Shown: piece by piece, positions 47,213 through 61,109 of the stretch
Layout: each line of letters begins with the position of its first letter
Numbering within the stretch: position 1 is the first letter of the stretch
Assembly: GCF_001194135.2 (NCBI RefSeq)
Contig: NC_068994.1
Coordinates: 26,752,632 to 26,816,631 of the forward strand
Reading direction: 5' to 3'
Source of the DNA: Octopus bimaculoides
Taxonomy: Eukaryota
Length of the DNA stretch: 64,000 nt
Notes under the pieces: generated by a model
What the model saw: only the letters and a program-made list of their open reading frames with translations
Database searches by the model: none
What the model was told of the DNA's origin: nothing
Made by a program: the position numbers and the translations under genes

Positions 47213-49339
47213 TTACACATACACACACATATTTAAATATACAGAGAAGAAAAGAAACACTGATAATATTTATTAGGCTGTATTGGTAACATGACTAAAA
47301 GTTTGACAAGTATGATCAGGAATATAAAATTCGGAATTATCCAATGATTGACAGGAGACAGTGAACCAGTTCTTCATTTCTTTTCCATTAATTCCAAATG
47401 CTACGACCAAATCTTGTCATTCAACAAAGCCTAGGCCGGAAGTTAAAGGGTCGACTAACCTAATCACATTGGTGCCAATATTGACTTGGTAGAGTTAATA
47501 TATCCTTACTTTGAGAATATAATAACAAGAAATAGTATTGAAGTAAGTGAGAATTCAACAAATTTAATTACTTTATTCACTTATGTAGATTTGGTTAAAT
47601 GTCTTTAATATGTGCAAAATTATATACATATATATTTGATTTTACATGTGTGTATGAATACATACATACATACATATACATATGTGTACACGCACATACA
47701 TATGATACCATCCTCCTAGGTGAATTAGGTTATGTACCAATAAATTTGCACAAAAACCTAGAAATACTGAGTTTCATGGAAATAAAGAATGAAAGAAATT
47801 GATGCAGATTCTCCAAAATCAATCAGTGAATATTTGTAAGACATTCCAAAAATTCATCATCTGAGATTCTCATGTGAGTAGATATACACACTTAGGTGTA
47901 TGCATTGACAGTTCAACCAGTATATCACCTCAACCATACATTTACAAACACTGGGAATTCTTTTAACTCAAGAAGTCTTATTGAACTCTTTCAAGAACTT
48001 AAATAAAACTTGAAGGAAAATTCTACATAAATATTTATAGTGGATTTCTCCATCAGCTTCAATGTTTGAGGGTCTAACAGCCTATACTACAGCTGTTAGA
48101 CTACTCACACAGATGGTTGGCTTTCAGTGGTGAAGGCTTGTGTATTACCAGCCAGTTTTTGGAAATGTTAATCACAAAATTTTGGTGCAAATGTTTACCA
48201 TAGACTCAATGAACAACATACTTCAGGCTTTTCTGTTAGAGTTCTCTATCCCCTGGGCTAGATCGCTTTGCCACTGCTTAGTGCAACGTACCAAGTTCTA
48301 GATATACATATATCATTGTTATTGGATGATCGTTGACTCTTCTGAATTCATTGCACTCTGACAGATTTCATTTTTGATCTTATAGGGTGTCCAAAAGCTC
48401 ACTCTTCTCATCAAGTAGGCTTGGTGGTGTTGTCAACTTAGTCACCAATGACCTGATGATGCACTAAATTCTACTGGGTCACATGTAGCACTCAAGAGCA
48501 ACCTCACCCTTGCCATTTTTAATTTCTACTCATGACATGTAGGTGGTAAGGTAAACCTGTCAAAACCTGGCCAATATAGGCCAGCTTCTTGATCGGACTC
48601 ATCACAGGACTTGCAACAGTACTGGGTACAGATCTCTCATTGCCTGGTGGACCGTGGGAAGCAAGTGGAACTGATACTGAGACTAAAGTAACATGTTTGA
48701 TGGTTTATAAGGTGTGTAAGCTTATATGATACACTCTAAGTTTGGCAGTGCCTTCTACGGAAAAAAAAAATTAAAAGAAACTTGTTTTCACCTGATATTC
48801 CTTTCCTATCCCATTATCAGATTATTTTAAAAGTCTGATATATAGCTCTTTTGTTACTATATTTCTTTCTAAAATGGAACCACCCCTGCTGTATATGGAA
48901 TCATTCATCCTTTAAGGATTGCTCAACTAATTGCAACAGATTTTTATATCATTAAATACCAACTCCTACAAGAAAGCTGTCTCTTTTTGCACTGTTATGT
49001 AATATTTAATATTTACAACAGATGCAGGAAAACAAGTGACAGCGACATCAACACCAAATAGTTCCAAAGGTTGTTAATTAATAACAAACAGCTATCCAGC
49101 ATCTTTTGCCAGATATCAACTTCATAGAATGTTCACACCACCACTGACAACAACACTTTATTTGAAAACTGCCACACTTTCTTGATAAAATAACCACCGC
49201 AGTCTGCCCAGCAAACCATAGGGGGATATTAAATATACAAGCAGTACTCACTTGATCTCCTCTGTGAAAATATCTCTCTGGAAGTCAGACCACACTCAGC
49301 AAAAATGCTTGCACATTAACCAACTGAACAGTCAGCATC

Positions 49340-49560
49340 ACCGTCATCAACCTCACTTAATGTCCATCTTCCATGCTGGCATGGGTTGGTAGGTTTGACA
49401 GGAGCTGGTAAGCCAGACAACTGCATCAGGTTCTACTGTTTTGGCATGGTTTTTACAACTGGATGTCCTTCTTGAAGCCAACCACTTTACAGAATGGACT
49501 AGATGCTTTTTTTATGTGATATCAGCACTAGTGAGGTCATTAAATAACTTGCAAGACAAA
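49340..49560 (-). mobile_element. Non-autonomous RTE-X-tail repeat
   Basis: ccatcttccatgctggcatgggttgg...ggatgtccttcttgaagccaaccactttacaga; same family as 3912 and 34220. Confidence 0.7.
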
Positions 49561-50639
49561 GATCCTTTCAGAGTAGCGGGGTATTGGAGGAGATGGCTTT
49601 GTGCTAAGTGATGAGAGGTTAGAGTATGACAGAGGGACAGAAACTGGTATTTTGCTGTTGAGGAGATACATGGCTACTCCAGTCAGAGAGAAAGAGGGAG
49701 AGAGAGGGAGAGAATGAGAGAGACATTGAAGGTGAGAGGGAGCAAGAAATGTGTCAATTTGCTAGGAAATACTTTCAAGGTATGGAGAGGAGAAGCACTG
49801 CTGAGCATGCATGAGTAGGGGGTTCATATGAATATAAAAAAGGTGGGAGGGTGAGAAGGGGATATACCTAGGTTTGTAGAGGAGAGATGATAAGATAGCA
49901 ATGATACAGCTTGCAAGGCAGAGTAGATAGGATTGGGTTGCAAGAGTGTGGTGGGTCAGGTGAGATAAGCAAAGTGCATGGAAAAGAGGAAATGTGAGGT
50001 AGAGAGATGTAATTTGGTTTACTGGGGTAGGGTGTATTGAAAACTTTGTTACATGTGGGTGGGACACACAGCACTCCTAGAACTCAGTTTTGCTGAGGTG
50101 GGCAGGTCTTCTGAACAACCTTATATCTCCAGACACCTCAATCCATTGTCATCTCCTCTATGGACATCTGTTTATGAGCCTATGTGGCATATAATTTGTG
50201 GTAAATGCATGATTCTTACATTAGTAGCATCATTCACAAACTGAACATCTGTTTTAAAGAGCACCATTTATGCAAATGCTTTCTGAATCAAAAATCTCAG
50301 GTGAAATTTAAAATGAAAATATCAGATTTTTTGTCCAAGTTACAAAGTGAAATGTAAGAAATGTAAGGATTAAAGGAGCTATCCTGATTGATAAACTCAG
50401 TTTATCTATTACCTACAGACGTGAACTGAGCTACCACTACGGTTGGCTGATTTAATACAACCTGTGCACATGTGTCACAACCTTTTCCTCCTCAATGTTA
50501 GAAAAATTATTTTGATGTGTGCAGATAAAGCTAACTTGTCCTTCATTTTGAAAATATACCTGTTTCTGGCCGGTGGACCTGCAGTTGCACATTTTTGCAT
50601 GTCCAATTGGTCTCTTAGTTTTGATATTTTTTGTTGTAC

Positions 50640-51231
50640 TAGGTTGTTATCGGTGGTGGTAGTAGTTGCGTGTGTGTGTGTGCACGTGCACATGTGCTTG
50701 CACAAGTGAATGTGTGAGTATGTGTGTATGATGGTGTAAGTTTCTGCATTTGCATATATGTTTAAGATAATGTGGGTGTATGTGTATGAATATGTATTTG
50801 TGTAATTTTGTGAATTAGTCTGTGGATTTGTGTATTTATGTATGGGTATGTGTATATGTATAGTATATATGTGTGTAGAAGTGAAAGCAAAGTATATATC
50901 TATATGTGATGGTGGGGGGAGAAAGTGTAATTTCATGTATGTGTCAGTGTATGTATCTATATGTATGTAAAGACTGTGTGTATATGCAAGAATGTGTGTG
51001 TGTGTATGTATAAGCAAGACAGTATTTGTGTATTTATTGTGTGTATAAGTGAGAGTGTGTTGGCGTATATATGTGTATAAGCACAAGAGAAAAATGTGAG
51101 TGAGTATATATGTGATTATATATATATATATGAATACGAATGTATGCTTCTGTGTGTTTGTGTGTGAATGTGAGTTTGTATGTGAATGTGTGTGTGAACA
51201 GGAGAGAGAGAGTGTATGTATGTATATTTGT

Positions 51232-51263
<32 letters not shown>

Positions 51264-51359
51264 TTATGATTGTAGGTGTACCTATTTTGGCTTAGTTGTG
51301 CATAAGAAAGAGAGAGTGCAGGCATAAATCTGTGTATGTGTGTGTATAAAAAGGGGAAT

Positions 51360-51401
<42 letters not shown>

Positions 51402-52228
51402 ATGTATGTATGAAAAGAGTAGCGAGAGAGACAAAGTGTGTATGTGTTTGTGAAAAGGGGAAATAAAGAATGTCTGGGAAGATGAGTGAGTGAGAGAGAG
51501 AAAGAGACAGTGTGTGTATGTATGTTTTGATTCCAAGAACATTGTTTTGGTGTGCTTTAATATAATGTTGTAAAAACAGTGGTGTTGTTTTAATGAAGAA
51601 GGTGTGTATGGTGGTGGTGATGGTAAACATTGGTGGGTGGTAAGACTGGCTGGTTGGCTGGCTAGGTAGCTATGGATGGTAGTAGTGGTGGGAGTTTAGG
51701 AGATGAAAGAAACAAACAAGAAGCAAGAAGAAAGGAAAAATAAAACAATGAAAAATCATTCCTATTTTATTATTGGCTGTAATTTCTAAAAACTTTGTTG
51801 TTCTCACTTCCAAATGAGTTGGGATAGAAAGTAGAGGCAGTGGTGGTGGTGGTAGTGGATGGTGGTTTTGGTGAATGGTGGTGGTGGTGGTGGAGGTGAA
51901 AATGTTTCAAAAATGTATGTTTTCCATCACACACACACACACACACACAGATAGACATACAGGACATACAGACAGACTTATGGATTGATAGTTAGTGAAA
52001 AATCAATGGAGAAATGAAGGCTGTATAATAAAACAGAAATTTATTTTAGAAATAAATAATTTTTAACTCGAAAAATAATTGAAAATAAAAAAAATAATAA
52101 CAGCAATAACAACAAAAGTGGAAATAAAATTCTTTAAATAAAAAGTAAAAAATAATAGAAAAATTACCAGAAAATTCTTTAAAACCTTTGCAATAAAATG
52201 TTTAGCTTGCTTTATTGTTCTTTTCCTG

Positions 52229-52308
<80 letters not shown>

Positions 52309-52520
52309 TGTCTGTGTATATTTATATGTGCGTGTGTGTGTATGCACAGTTTTGATGTGTGTATATACACACACACACACACACGCATACACAAAGATAT
52401 CTGCTCATGCACCTTTATGTAGACCCTTACCCACTAACGCATACATACACACTCCCACGTTCACCAACCCACTTGTGCATACGTGCACGCACACACACAC
52501 ACAACCCGTATAGACTAAAC
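50640..52520. repeat. Low-complexity block of degenerate (GT)n, (GA)n, (TA)n and (GGT)n
   Basis: Visible; accounts for all ORF-track entries in this interval. Confidence 0.85.
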
Positions 52521-53075
52521 AGTGAAGATAATGAGCTCACTGTAAACTAAATATATAACAGTAGTTCAACTCATTGTAGAGTTGAGTTAATTTAAAGATG
52601 TATTTTTTTTCTTTATTTCTCAAGAAGGTGTGATGATGGTAGTTGAAGCAAGCTGTTGTTGCTGTGTGATGTAGTGGTGGGGATCATTTGTCTTTTTCTT
52701 TATTTTGGTTTGTTACTTGCTTTGTGCTTCTATTGTCATTAGCTCTTTATGAAATTTGCAATTTTGTTTCAGAGTATTCAGACACGTTTATACACACACA
52801 CATACACACATATACTCATGCATATATACATATATATTTACACACACACACACATACATGTAAGTAAATGCAGTTTGATCAAATTGTTAAAAGGTTTTCT
52901 TCATAACCAAGAGGTTTTGATTCAATCCCATTGCTTGATATCATGGACAGTTTTCTTTTGCTGTTATCTCAGAAAACCCCTTGCATATGAATGGAATTAG
53001 GTAGATGGAAACTGTGGAATTCCACTCGATGGGATTTACCTACAGGGCTGTAACAATATAATTTTGGAAGGACTT

Positions 53076-53284
53076 ATAAGGTGGCAAGCTGGCAGAAATG
53101 TTAGCATCCCTGGCAAAATGCTTAGCAGTATTTCATCTGTCTTTATGTCCTGAGTTCAAATTCTGCCGAGGTCGACTTTACCTTTCATTCTTTCGGGGTC
53201 GATAAATTAAGTATCAGTTGTGTACTGGGGTCGGTGTAATCGACTAGCCTCCTCCTCAAAAATTTCAGGCCTAGAGTAGAAAAG
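53076..53284 (+). mobile_element. Full-length tRNA-derived SINE with a 16-bp TSD
   Basis: TSD aattttggaaggactt at 53060-53075 and 53285-53300; head ggcaagctggcagaaatgttagca...ctgagttcaaattc. Confidence 0.9.
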
Positions 53285-54512
53285 AATTTTGGAAGGACTT
53301 CACATAAGATTTTTTAATGTCTTTTTTTTTTGGTGGTGGTGGTGGTGGGTGCTTTTGTACTATTTTTATTCTTACATCTACCNNNNNNNNNNNNNNNNNN
53401 NNNNNNNNNNNNNNNNNNNNNNNNNNNNNNNNNNNNNNNNNNNNNNNNNNNNNNNNNNNNNNNNNNNNNNNNNNNNNNNNNNNNNNNNNNNNNNNNNNNN
53501 NNNNNNNNNNNNNNNNNNNNNNNNNNNNNNNNNNNNNNNNNNNNNNNNNNNNNNNNNNNNNNNNNNNNNNNNNNNNNNNNNNNNNNNNNNNNNNNNNNNN
53601 NNNNNNNNNNNNNNNNNNNNNNNNNNNNNNNNNNNNNNNNNNNNNNNNNNNNNNNNNNNNNNNNNNNNNNNNNNNNNNNNNNNNNNNNNNNNNNNNNNNN
53701 NNNNNNNNNNNNNNNNNNNNNNNNNNNNNNNNNNNNNNNNNNNNNNNNNNNNNNNNNNNNNNNNNNNNNNNNNNNNNNNNNNNNNNNNNNNNNNNNNNNN
53801 NNNNNNNNNNNNNNNNNNNNNNNNNNNNNNNNNNNNNNNNNNNNNNNNNNNNNNNNNNNNNNNNNNNNNNNNNNNNNNNNNNNNNNNNNNNNNNNNNNNN
53901 NNNNNNNNNNNNNNNNNNNNNNNNNNNNNNNNNNNNNNNNNNNNNNNNNNNNNNNNNNNNNNNNNNNNNNNNNNNNNNNNNNNNNNNNNNNNNNNNNNNN
54001 NNNNNNNNNNNNNNNNNNNNNNNNNNNNNNNNNNNNNNNNNNNNNNNNNNNNNNNNNNNNNNNNNNNNNNNNNNNNNNNNNNNNNNNNNNNNNNNNNNNN
54101 NNNNNNNNNNNNNNNNNNNNNNNNNNNNNNNNNNNNNNNNNNNNNNNNNNNNNNNNNNNNNNNNNNNNNNNNNNNNNNNNNNNNNNNNNNNNNNNNNNNN
54201 NNNNNNNNNNNNNNNNNNNNNNNNNNNNNNNNNNNNNNTTTAAGTGTTAAACTAATAACACCTTTCTTAAAACCTGTCCCTCTCAATTTGTCTCTGTTTT
54301 TTTGCTCATTACCACACACACACATGTACACGTATGCAACAATCTTCTGTACAGTTTCTATCCACCATATTCACTCACAAGACATTTGTTGGGTCAGGAA
54401 TAGTAGAATAAACTTGACTAAAATGTAAAGCAGTGGTTGAACTTCAAAACATGTGGTTGCAATGCAAATCTTTTAACCACACCACTATGCCTGCACCTGT
54501 TTATTTTATGTG

Positions 54513-54549
<37 letters not shown>

Positions 54550-55350
54550 CCGAGAATGTTATAGATATATGAATATTTATTTCTATTTACTATCTTTTAG
54601 CTGTTCAAAATTACATGGCATTGGTCCCAACAGACCAACACACCAACAATTCCCCAACCATCATCACAATCATTTTAATTCCCTCCTTTCTCACCCTCCC
54701 ACTGTTCAATTCTTTCATCATTTGATGAAACATATTATTGTTCTAATGAAGGTATGTTGTTGGACTAATTATGGAATGAACTGAACCTGGTTGTTAGGTA
54801 AAGAAAGAAGGGGGAGGGAAGGAGTTAGGGTGAAATAAAGATATTGAAGTATAAGAAGACTATTATTAATGGGAGGGAGGGAACTTGGTATGGATGGTGT
54901 TGTTAATGATGGTGGTGGCGATGATAAGTGATGGTAAAGGTGGTGAAAATGGTGGAGATGATGGTAGTGAGGATAATGATGGTGGTGTTGATGTTAGTGT
55001 TGGTGATGATGGTAGTGAGGATAATGATGGTGTCTTATCGACTGATTGATTTGTGGGTTTTTTCTTTGATGTAATTGATTCTATATTTTTCTTATTTATT
55101 TTGACCCACCTCCTTTCTTCTTTTTTAGCAAGATTTTTTCATCACATCATCACCATTATCTTCATCATCATCATCATCATCATCGTCATCATTAATATAT
55201 TTATAATAATAATAATAACAATAATAATAATAATAAGTTCTAATCCAATTGCAGTTTTATCTTCACCTTTCATCTTTTCTGTGTCGATAAAAATAAAGTA
55301 CTTGGGATGATATACTTGACTGTGCTCTTTCCTCTAAAACATTTATAGCA

Positions 55351-55442
55351 ATGTACCAATGTAGCAATGTACCAATGTACCAATGTACCAATGTACCAAT
55401 GTAGCAATGTACCAATGTACCAATGTAGCAATGTACCAATGT
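55351..55442. repeat. 8-bp-unit minisatellite (ATGTACCA/ATGTAGCA)n
   Basis: About 11 visible units. Confidence 0.9.
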
Positions 55443-55816
55443 TACAAATCAACATCGTCTTCGTTATCATCATCATCATCATTTTCTATTGAGTTATTGG
55501 AAATAGTTATGCATTGTACCAACTGTTTTAAAATAGTCAGTTTTGAGTTCTAATCCTGCTCAGGTTCAGTGTATCTTTCTTGTTAATACTTCCTGGGATC
55601 ATTTCCATAAAAATGAGTAACAAACATATATCGATGTTAGTCAGTTGATTGTGTCTCTAACAGACATATACCAAAGTAGACATGGATTTACAGCATTGAA
55701 ATGTCAAGTAATGCTGGGCTGAGTTAACCTGTGAATAAATACATTTAGCTTTCATATGTGGTGAATGCTTTCTACATTGATTTGTACATCTACCTGTATG
55801 TAATATATTTCCATGC

Positions 55817-55859
<43 letters not shown>

Positions 55860-56101
55860 GACACATACATGCACACACACACACTCATATCAAAAGCTCC
55901 CCTTTACAAGGGGGTTACCACCTTAGGTTACCTTTATACCAACAGATACAAAAGTGTTGTTACTTTGCTTGAAGCAATGTGAAATACATAGAGAAAGCTA
56001 TGATACTGGAAATGTTGTTGGAAATATTAAACATCTATCACAACAGCAACAAAAATATTGAAATATCAACTTAGAAATACTTAATTAGTCCTGGTATTTA
56101 A

Positions 56102-56321
56102 CCCTTTAGTATTCAGATTTTTATATGAAATGTAATGCATATTTATTCATATTGTTTTGTATTAACCATGCATTATTTCATAACTTCGAGATTTTGATGA
56201 TATGATAGTTTTATTCTTAGAATGACATTGTAGGGTATGTTGGAAGGTTGGATTTGGTCAGTTTGAACATAAAACAAGTAGAATATTTTGGCCAGATTTG
56301 GCTAGTTTAAATGCTAAAGGG
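56102..56321. mobile_element. piggyBac-type MITE
   Basis: TTAA|CCCTTTAGTATT...AATGCTAAAGGG termini; right-hand TTAA mutated. Confidence 0.7.
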
Positions 56322-56984
56322 ATACCGTTTTCAAAAGTGCTAAGCAAAAGTGAGAGAAATACATCCATTAGGTTGATATGTATGTATGTAGATAGGTAGG
56401 TAGGTAGGTAGGCAGGTAGGGAGGTAGGCAGGCAGGCAGGCAGGCAGGCAGGTAGGCAGGCAGGCAGGCAGGCAAGCTGGCAGGCAGTGCTTTTATGTAT
56501 GTATGTAGATATGTATGTAATGTAATGTATGAATAAATGGTATTCTAGTCATACATCACAAAATGAAATAAAATGAAACTAAAGACACAGTCTTCAGTTA
56601 TGTGATATGCTTTTTCTATTTGTCCAAGCCTGCTTAAGAGTGCAACACAAAACTTAGTAAGTGAGAACTTAGCCAACCATTCTGACTAAAGGAAACCATG
56701 AAAGAGCTAGTCTGAAATGGGACATGGAAATGTGGCTTAAATGGGAATTGAAACTAAATTACATATTCTCCTTTGCTGGAAGCTTTCTTACTTATTTATA
56801 GACATAAGTTAACTTCTGTAAGGTTTAATCTACAGCAGACAGATAAATAATGGTTTGAACATCATAGCAGTAATAGTAAGAATAATAATGATGATCAATA
56901 ATGATGATAATGATGATTCTTTCTACTACTACTACCACTACTACTGCAGCTACTGCTGCTGCCACCACCGCCACCACCACCACC

Positions 56985-57032
<48 letters not shown>

Positions 57033-57044
57033 CTTATAATAATA

Positions 57045-57255
57045 ATCTTTTCTACTATAGGCACAAGGCCTGAAATTTTGGGGAGGGGCCAGTCGATTAG
57101 ATCGACCCCAGTATGCATCTGGTACTTAATTTATCAACCCTGAAAGGATGAAAGGCAAAGTCAAACCTGGCTGAATTTGAACTCAGAATGTAAAGATGGA
57201 TGAAATGCCGCTAAGCATTTTGCCCAGCATGGTAATGCTTCTGCCAGTTCACCAA
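57045..57255 (-). mobile_element. tRNA-derived SINE between (AAT)n tracts
   Basis: Reverse complement of the 53076 family. Confidence 0.85.
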
Positions 57256-57499
57256 CTTACTACTACTGCTAATATTAATAATGATGATAATAATAATAAT
57301 AATAATTATAGTAATAATAACAATAATAATAATAATAATAATAATAATTGGAATGCTAGACACTGTGAAGATATAATTAATAAGTTTCATTAGATATTAG
57401 GTACTTTAATATTTGAATAGATTTCAAAATGCTTGAAGCTGATAAAAGACTGTTTTCTGCAGAAATAAGTTCTGTTTTTAAACACTAGGTCTCTAGATA

Positions 57500-58100
57500 A
57501 CATTCTATTATTTGTCCAAGGAGAAAATCTGAAGGATCTCTTATACGTTGATGTAGAAGAATTGAAGTGTACAGGAAGAGATAAGAAAATGAGTGCAGCG
57601 GAAGAGAAATACTAAGTTTGTGTCAGCCTAGGGCTGTAACAGGGTGTGGGGGCAGAGTGTGGAACTGAGGTCAGTTAGCTTTGATCTTGATTAAATATTG
57701 GCTTTCAAAGAATGTTCTTGGGAAAAATTCAACCACATGGACCGGAAATGATATCTTACTGAAACTTTGATTGGAAAAATGGCTGCTGAAAGTCAAGTTG
57801 ACACATGTTGCTATGGTGATTAGTAAAGGGTGTGATGGTAGAGGGTAGAGAGAGAGAGTTCAAAGTTGATTTGATGTAGCAGTTACTTACTATGCTAAAA
57901 CTATATTATTAGACAGTGACCTATCCCTAAGTTTGGTGAGAGTAAAGAGAGCATGTCTGTGACCACTACTTGTGTGTGTGTGTGTGTGTATTGCTGTTGT
58001 CAAGTTGAAGATCAGCCATGATTGAGCAGACTGTTGGCCAAAATGTTCCAAAAATGACCAACCTATCTGTTTTTTCAAGCAGTGTACTTCCAGGACCTTA
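57500..58100 (-). mobile_element. Decayed CR1-like LINE 3' region
   Basis: HFGQQSAQSWLIFN and SSTSTYKRSF resemble CR1-group motifs; weak. Confidence 0.35.
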
Positions 58101-58748
58101 TTATCTAATATGCCTTACTTTTTAAGACAGTAGTATATGATTTGAGGTTGATTTGGTTGCTACTCCTAACAGGTCAAGCAATCTATAGAGCAAGGATTGG
58201 AAATTCTTTTAATACTAAGGATGAACTGCAAGGACTTAAATATGTTGGGAACCTCTGTACTGAGAAGATAAGACTTTTCCAGTTAATAATTTCACAGATA
58301 TTTAACTTATATCAAATAATTGCTTTGGCATTAGTGATTAAACTTCTCTTTTCACATGAATATTTCAAAACTTAATCAAATTTGAATGTGAGAGGTTTTC
58401 TGCCCCTGACCTATATATTGGCTTGACCTATATATAGTGGATTTTGAAGCTGTATTACATACATGCATATACGGGGGGGGGGGAATAAATATTTGTACAT
58501 GTCAAAATTCTTTATTTCTTTATTTTCTAATGAACATAAATGGGATATATCAATACTATATTTGCATACACATACATAAACTAAGAATATACAAAAGTAA
58601 CTAATAAATTATAGTAACTAATGAATTTATATACAAATATAAGTACATACATATACATACACGGTGGTGCACCAGCATGACCGCAGCCACTTGGCTGAAA
58701 CACATAAATAAAATAAATAAATAAATACATGAATACATACATATATGT

Positions 58749-58830
<82 letters not shown>

Positions 58831-59389
58831 ATATATGTATATATAGATTTATGATAGTATAAAATACAATTATAATTAAGGGCATAGAAGAAACCATGCC
58901 TATGTTAGATCATCAAACCACTTAAAATTATCACTTTTATAGTACACATGTGTTAAAATTGAGGGAGTAGACTCACAGAAATTCATAAAATAGTTAGCCT
59001 TGGATTGATCAATTTCTGGATTAGTCTAATAACTTTTCCTCATCAGTAAGTCATACTGAGGGAAATAAATGAGATATTTATACATACCCACAAGAAAGTA
59101 AACATAAAGCTACAATTACATACAAATACCACAAATATATCTGCATCAAATTTTGTAGTCTACCACAGCATGAGTGTATTTGGTCAGAGTAGTACAGAAG
59201 TAACTAGACTGTCCTGAAGTGAATGGAAATTATTCAATTATCATAATAAAGGATAAAATCATTAAAGATTTTATCAGTGGCCAGCATATAATATAGGCTT
59301 ATTAAGGTAAATTCATATATAAATATTTATAATAGTATAAAATACATATATTTGAGGTATTTGTATATAATCGTAGCTTTGCATTTGAA

Positions 59390-60200
59390 GTGGCACAACA
59401 TTGAGGTGTTATTGCCAAATCTGATGTCTCAGAGGTGCTCAGTGAACCAGTCAACCAAGCAGCACCCTGTTTGACCAATGCACAGGGAAGAAGAAAACAG
59501 AGCAGAAGATACAGTAGATGACATTGCTGGAGGTGCAGATAAAAGAGTTGGTGATGTGTGAGGGCCGGTGGTGGGTGCAGGTGAGGTTAGTAGTGTTGGA
59601 GAGGTAGGGGAAGGTACAACAGCTTGGAGAAGAGCAGAGGGAAAGAGCCAGGCTGGGTGTCAGAAGTAGGGAAGAAACTGTGGAGCTGTTGAAGGAGGGA
59701 AGTGGTGGGTTAGTGAGGTGGGAGGTGGAGGGGTTGGACTGGAGTTGAGAGAAGGTTCGGAGAATGGTGTGTTCGAGGGATAGGGTAGAGGGGTGGTAGC
59801 TGAGGGGAAAAAGGAGGCAGGTAAGGGTGGAGCAAGTGTGGGAAGAGAGACTAGAGGCACTGATTGTGCCTGAGCAAGGGCAGTTTCGATAATGGTGAGG
59901 GGATATCCATGTAGGGTAAAGTGGTGAGTCATGGTCATCACTGCAGTGTCAGCATAGATGGTGTAACTAGGAGTAGGTGATGGAGAGTCTGGTGTGGGTA
60001 GGGTGAGAGGAGGAGAAGTTGAGATAGATGTGTGAGTCTGTGTGTTTGCAGTGGATAGAGGTGGTAAGAGCAGAGTGGTGTAGGTTAATGGAAATGTTGG
60101 TGAATTCAATGGAGGAGCCAGAGACAGTGCAGGAGAATTTGAGGGTGAGATGGAAGGACTGGACAAAGGAGGGAAAGGAGTCAAGATGTTTGCAAGGGTG
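59390..60200 (-). mobile_element. Penelope-like element: RT C-terminus and GIY-YIG endonuclease remnant
   Basis: HFTLHGYP; CTSSNVIYCIFCS...IGQTG...FTEHL after frameshift correction. Confidence 0.7.
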
Positions 60201-60210
60201 TGTGTGTATG

Positions 60211-60251
<41 letters not shown>

Positions 60252-61061
60252 GCATATGTATATATATANNNNNNNNNNAGATAGCGGAAGCTATCGACTA
60301 CCTCTAGTTTTTCACCCTTAAATCAGATTGCTGATTATTAGTGTCTTTTAATAAAAAAGCAGAAGCAAACTATGGAAACCAAACTCCAAACTGAAAGTAT
60401 GAAATTTACTAAATATTTAAATATTTACTAAATGTCTATAGTTAGCATAGAAAAAGAACAATGCTTACAATTTACAAATAACTAAAATATAACATTCATT
60501 TCTGCTAGAAGTAAGTTTCTATGCATGATTGCTAAACTTATTCATCTAGAATTTCATTCTTAAAATTGTATATATCATGTATATATGTATTTTATTTGTT
60601 ACTGTGTGTTTGAGTGTGTGTCTGCTTATGATGTGTGTGTGTGTTTTATTTTATGCATTTGTCTCTTGGATGTATGTGTTTCTGTGGGGGTGGGGGTGGG
60701 GGGTGTATTTCTATTTGCACATATTCTCAATTAGATGTGCATGTGTACATAAGTGTATGATTTATCTAAGTCTTGTTTGTTTATTTTTGTGTTTATGAGT
60801 CTGAGTGTATGTATATGGTTATGCATATGTATCATGTTGCTGCACACAAGCATTCCTTTCCCTTACCTACCTCAATTTCTTTCTTCCCATCATCCTCCTT
60901 ACTTCATTTTATTCTTTTACTTCTCTACTCCCATCGTTTTTCTCTCATTGTTCTTTTCCTCTCTGTCTTCATTGTTTTCTCTCTTGTTTCGGTCCTTTCC
61001 TATTTCCACACTTTAACCACTCAAAAAAGAGATATATACATGAATACCCAGTAAGATTAAT

Positions 61062-61109
<48 letters not shown>

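Noticed and set aside
57520-57615. Exon-like GENLKDLLYVDVEELKCTGRDKK on plus
   Set aside because: Ends in a stop with no donor; better explained as the antisense of a decayed CR1-like tail.
59660-60247. 195-aa Pro/Ser/Thr-rich mucin-like ORF
   Set aside because: Out-of-frame reading of a decayed C-rich Penelope-like element plus a microsatellite.
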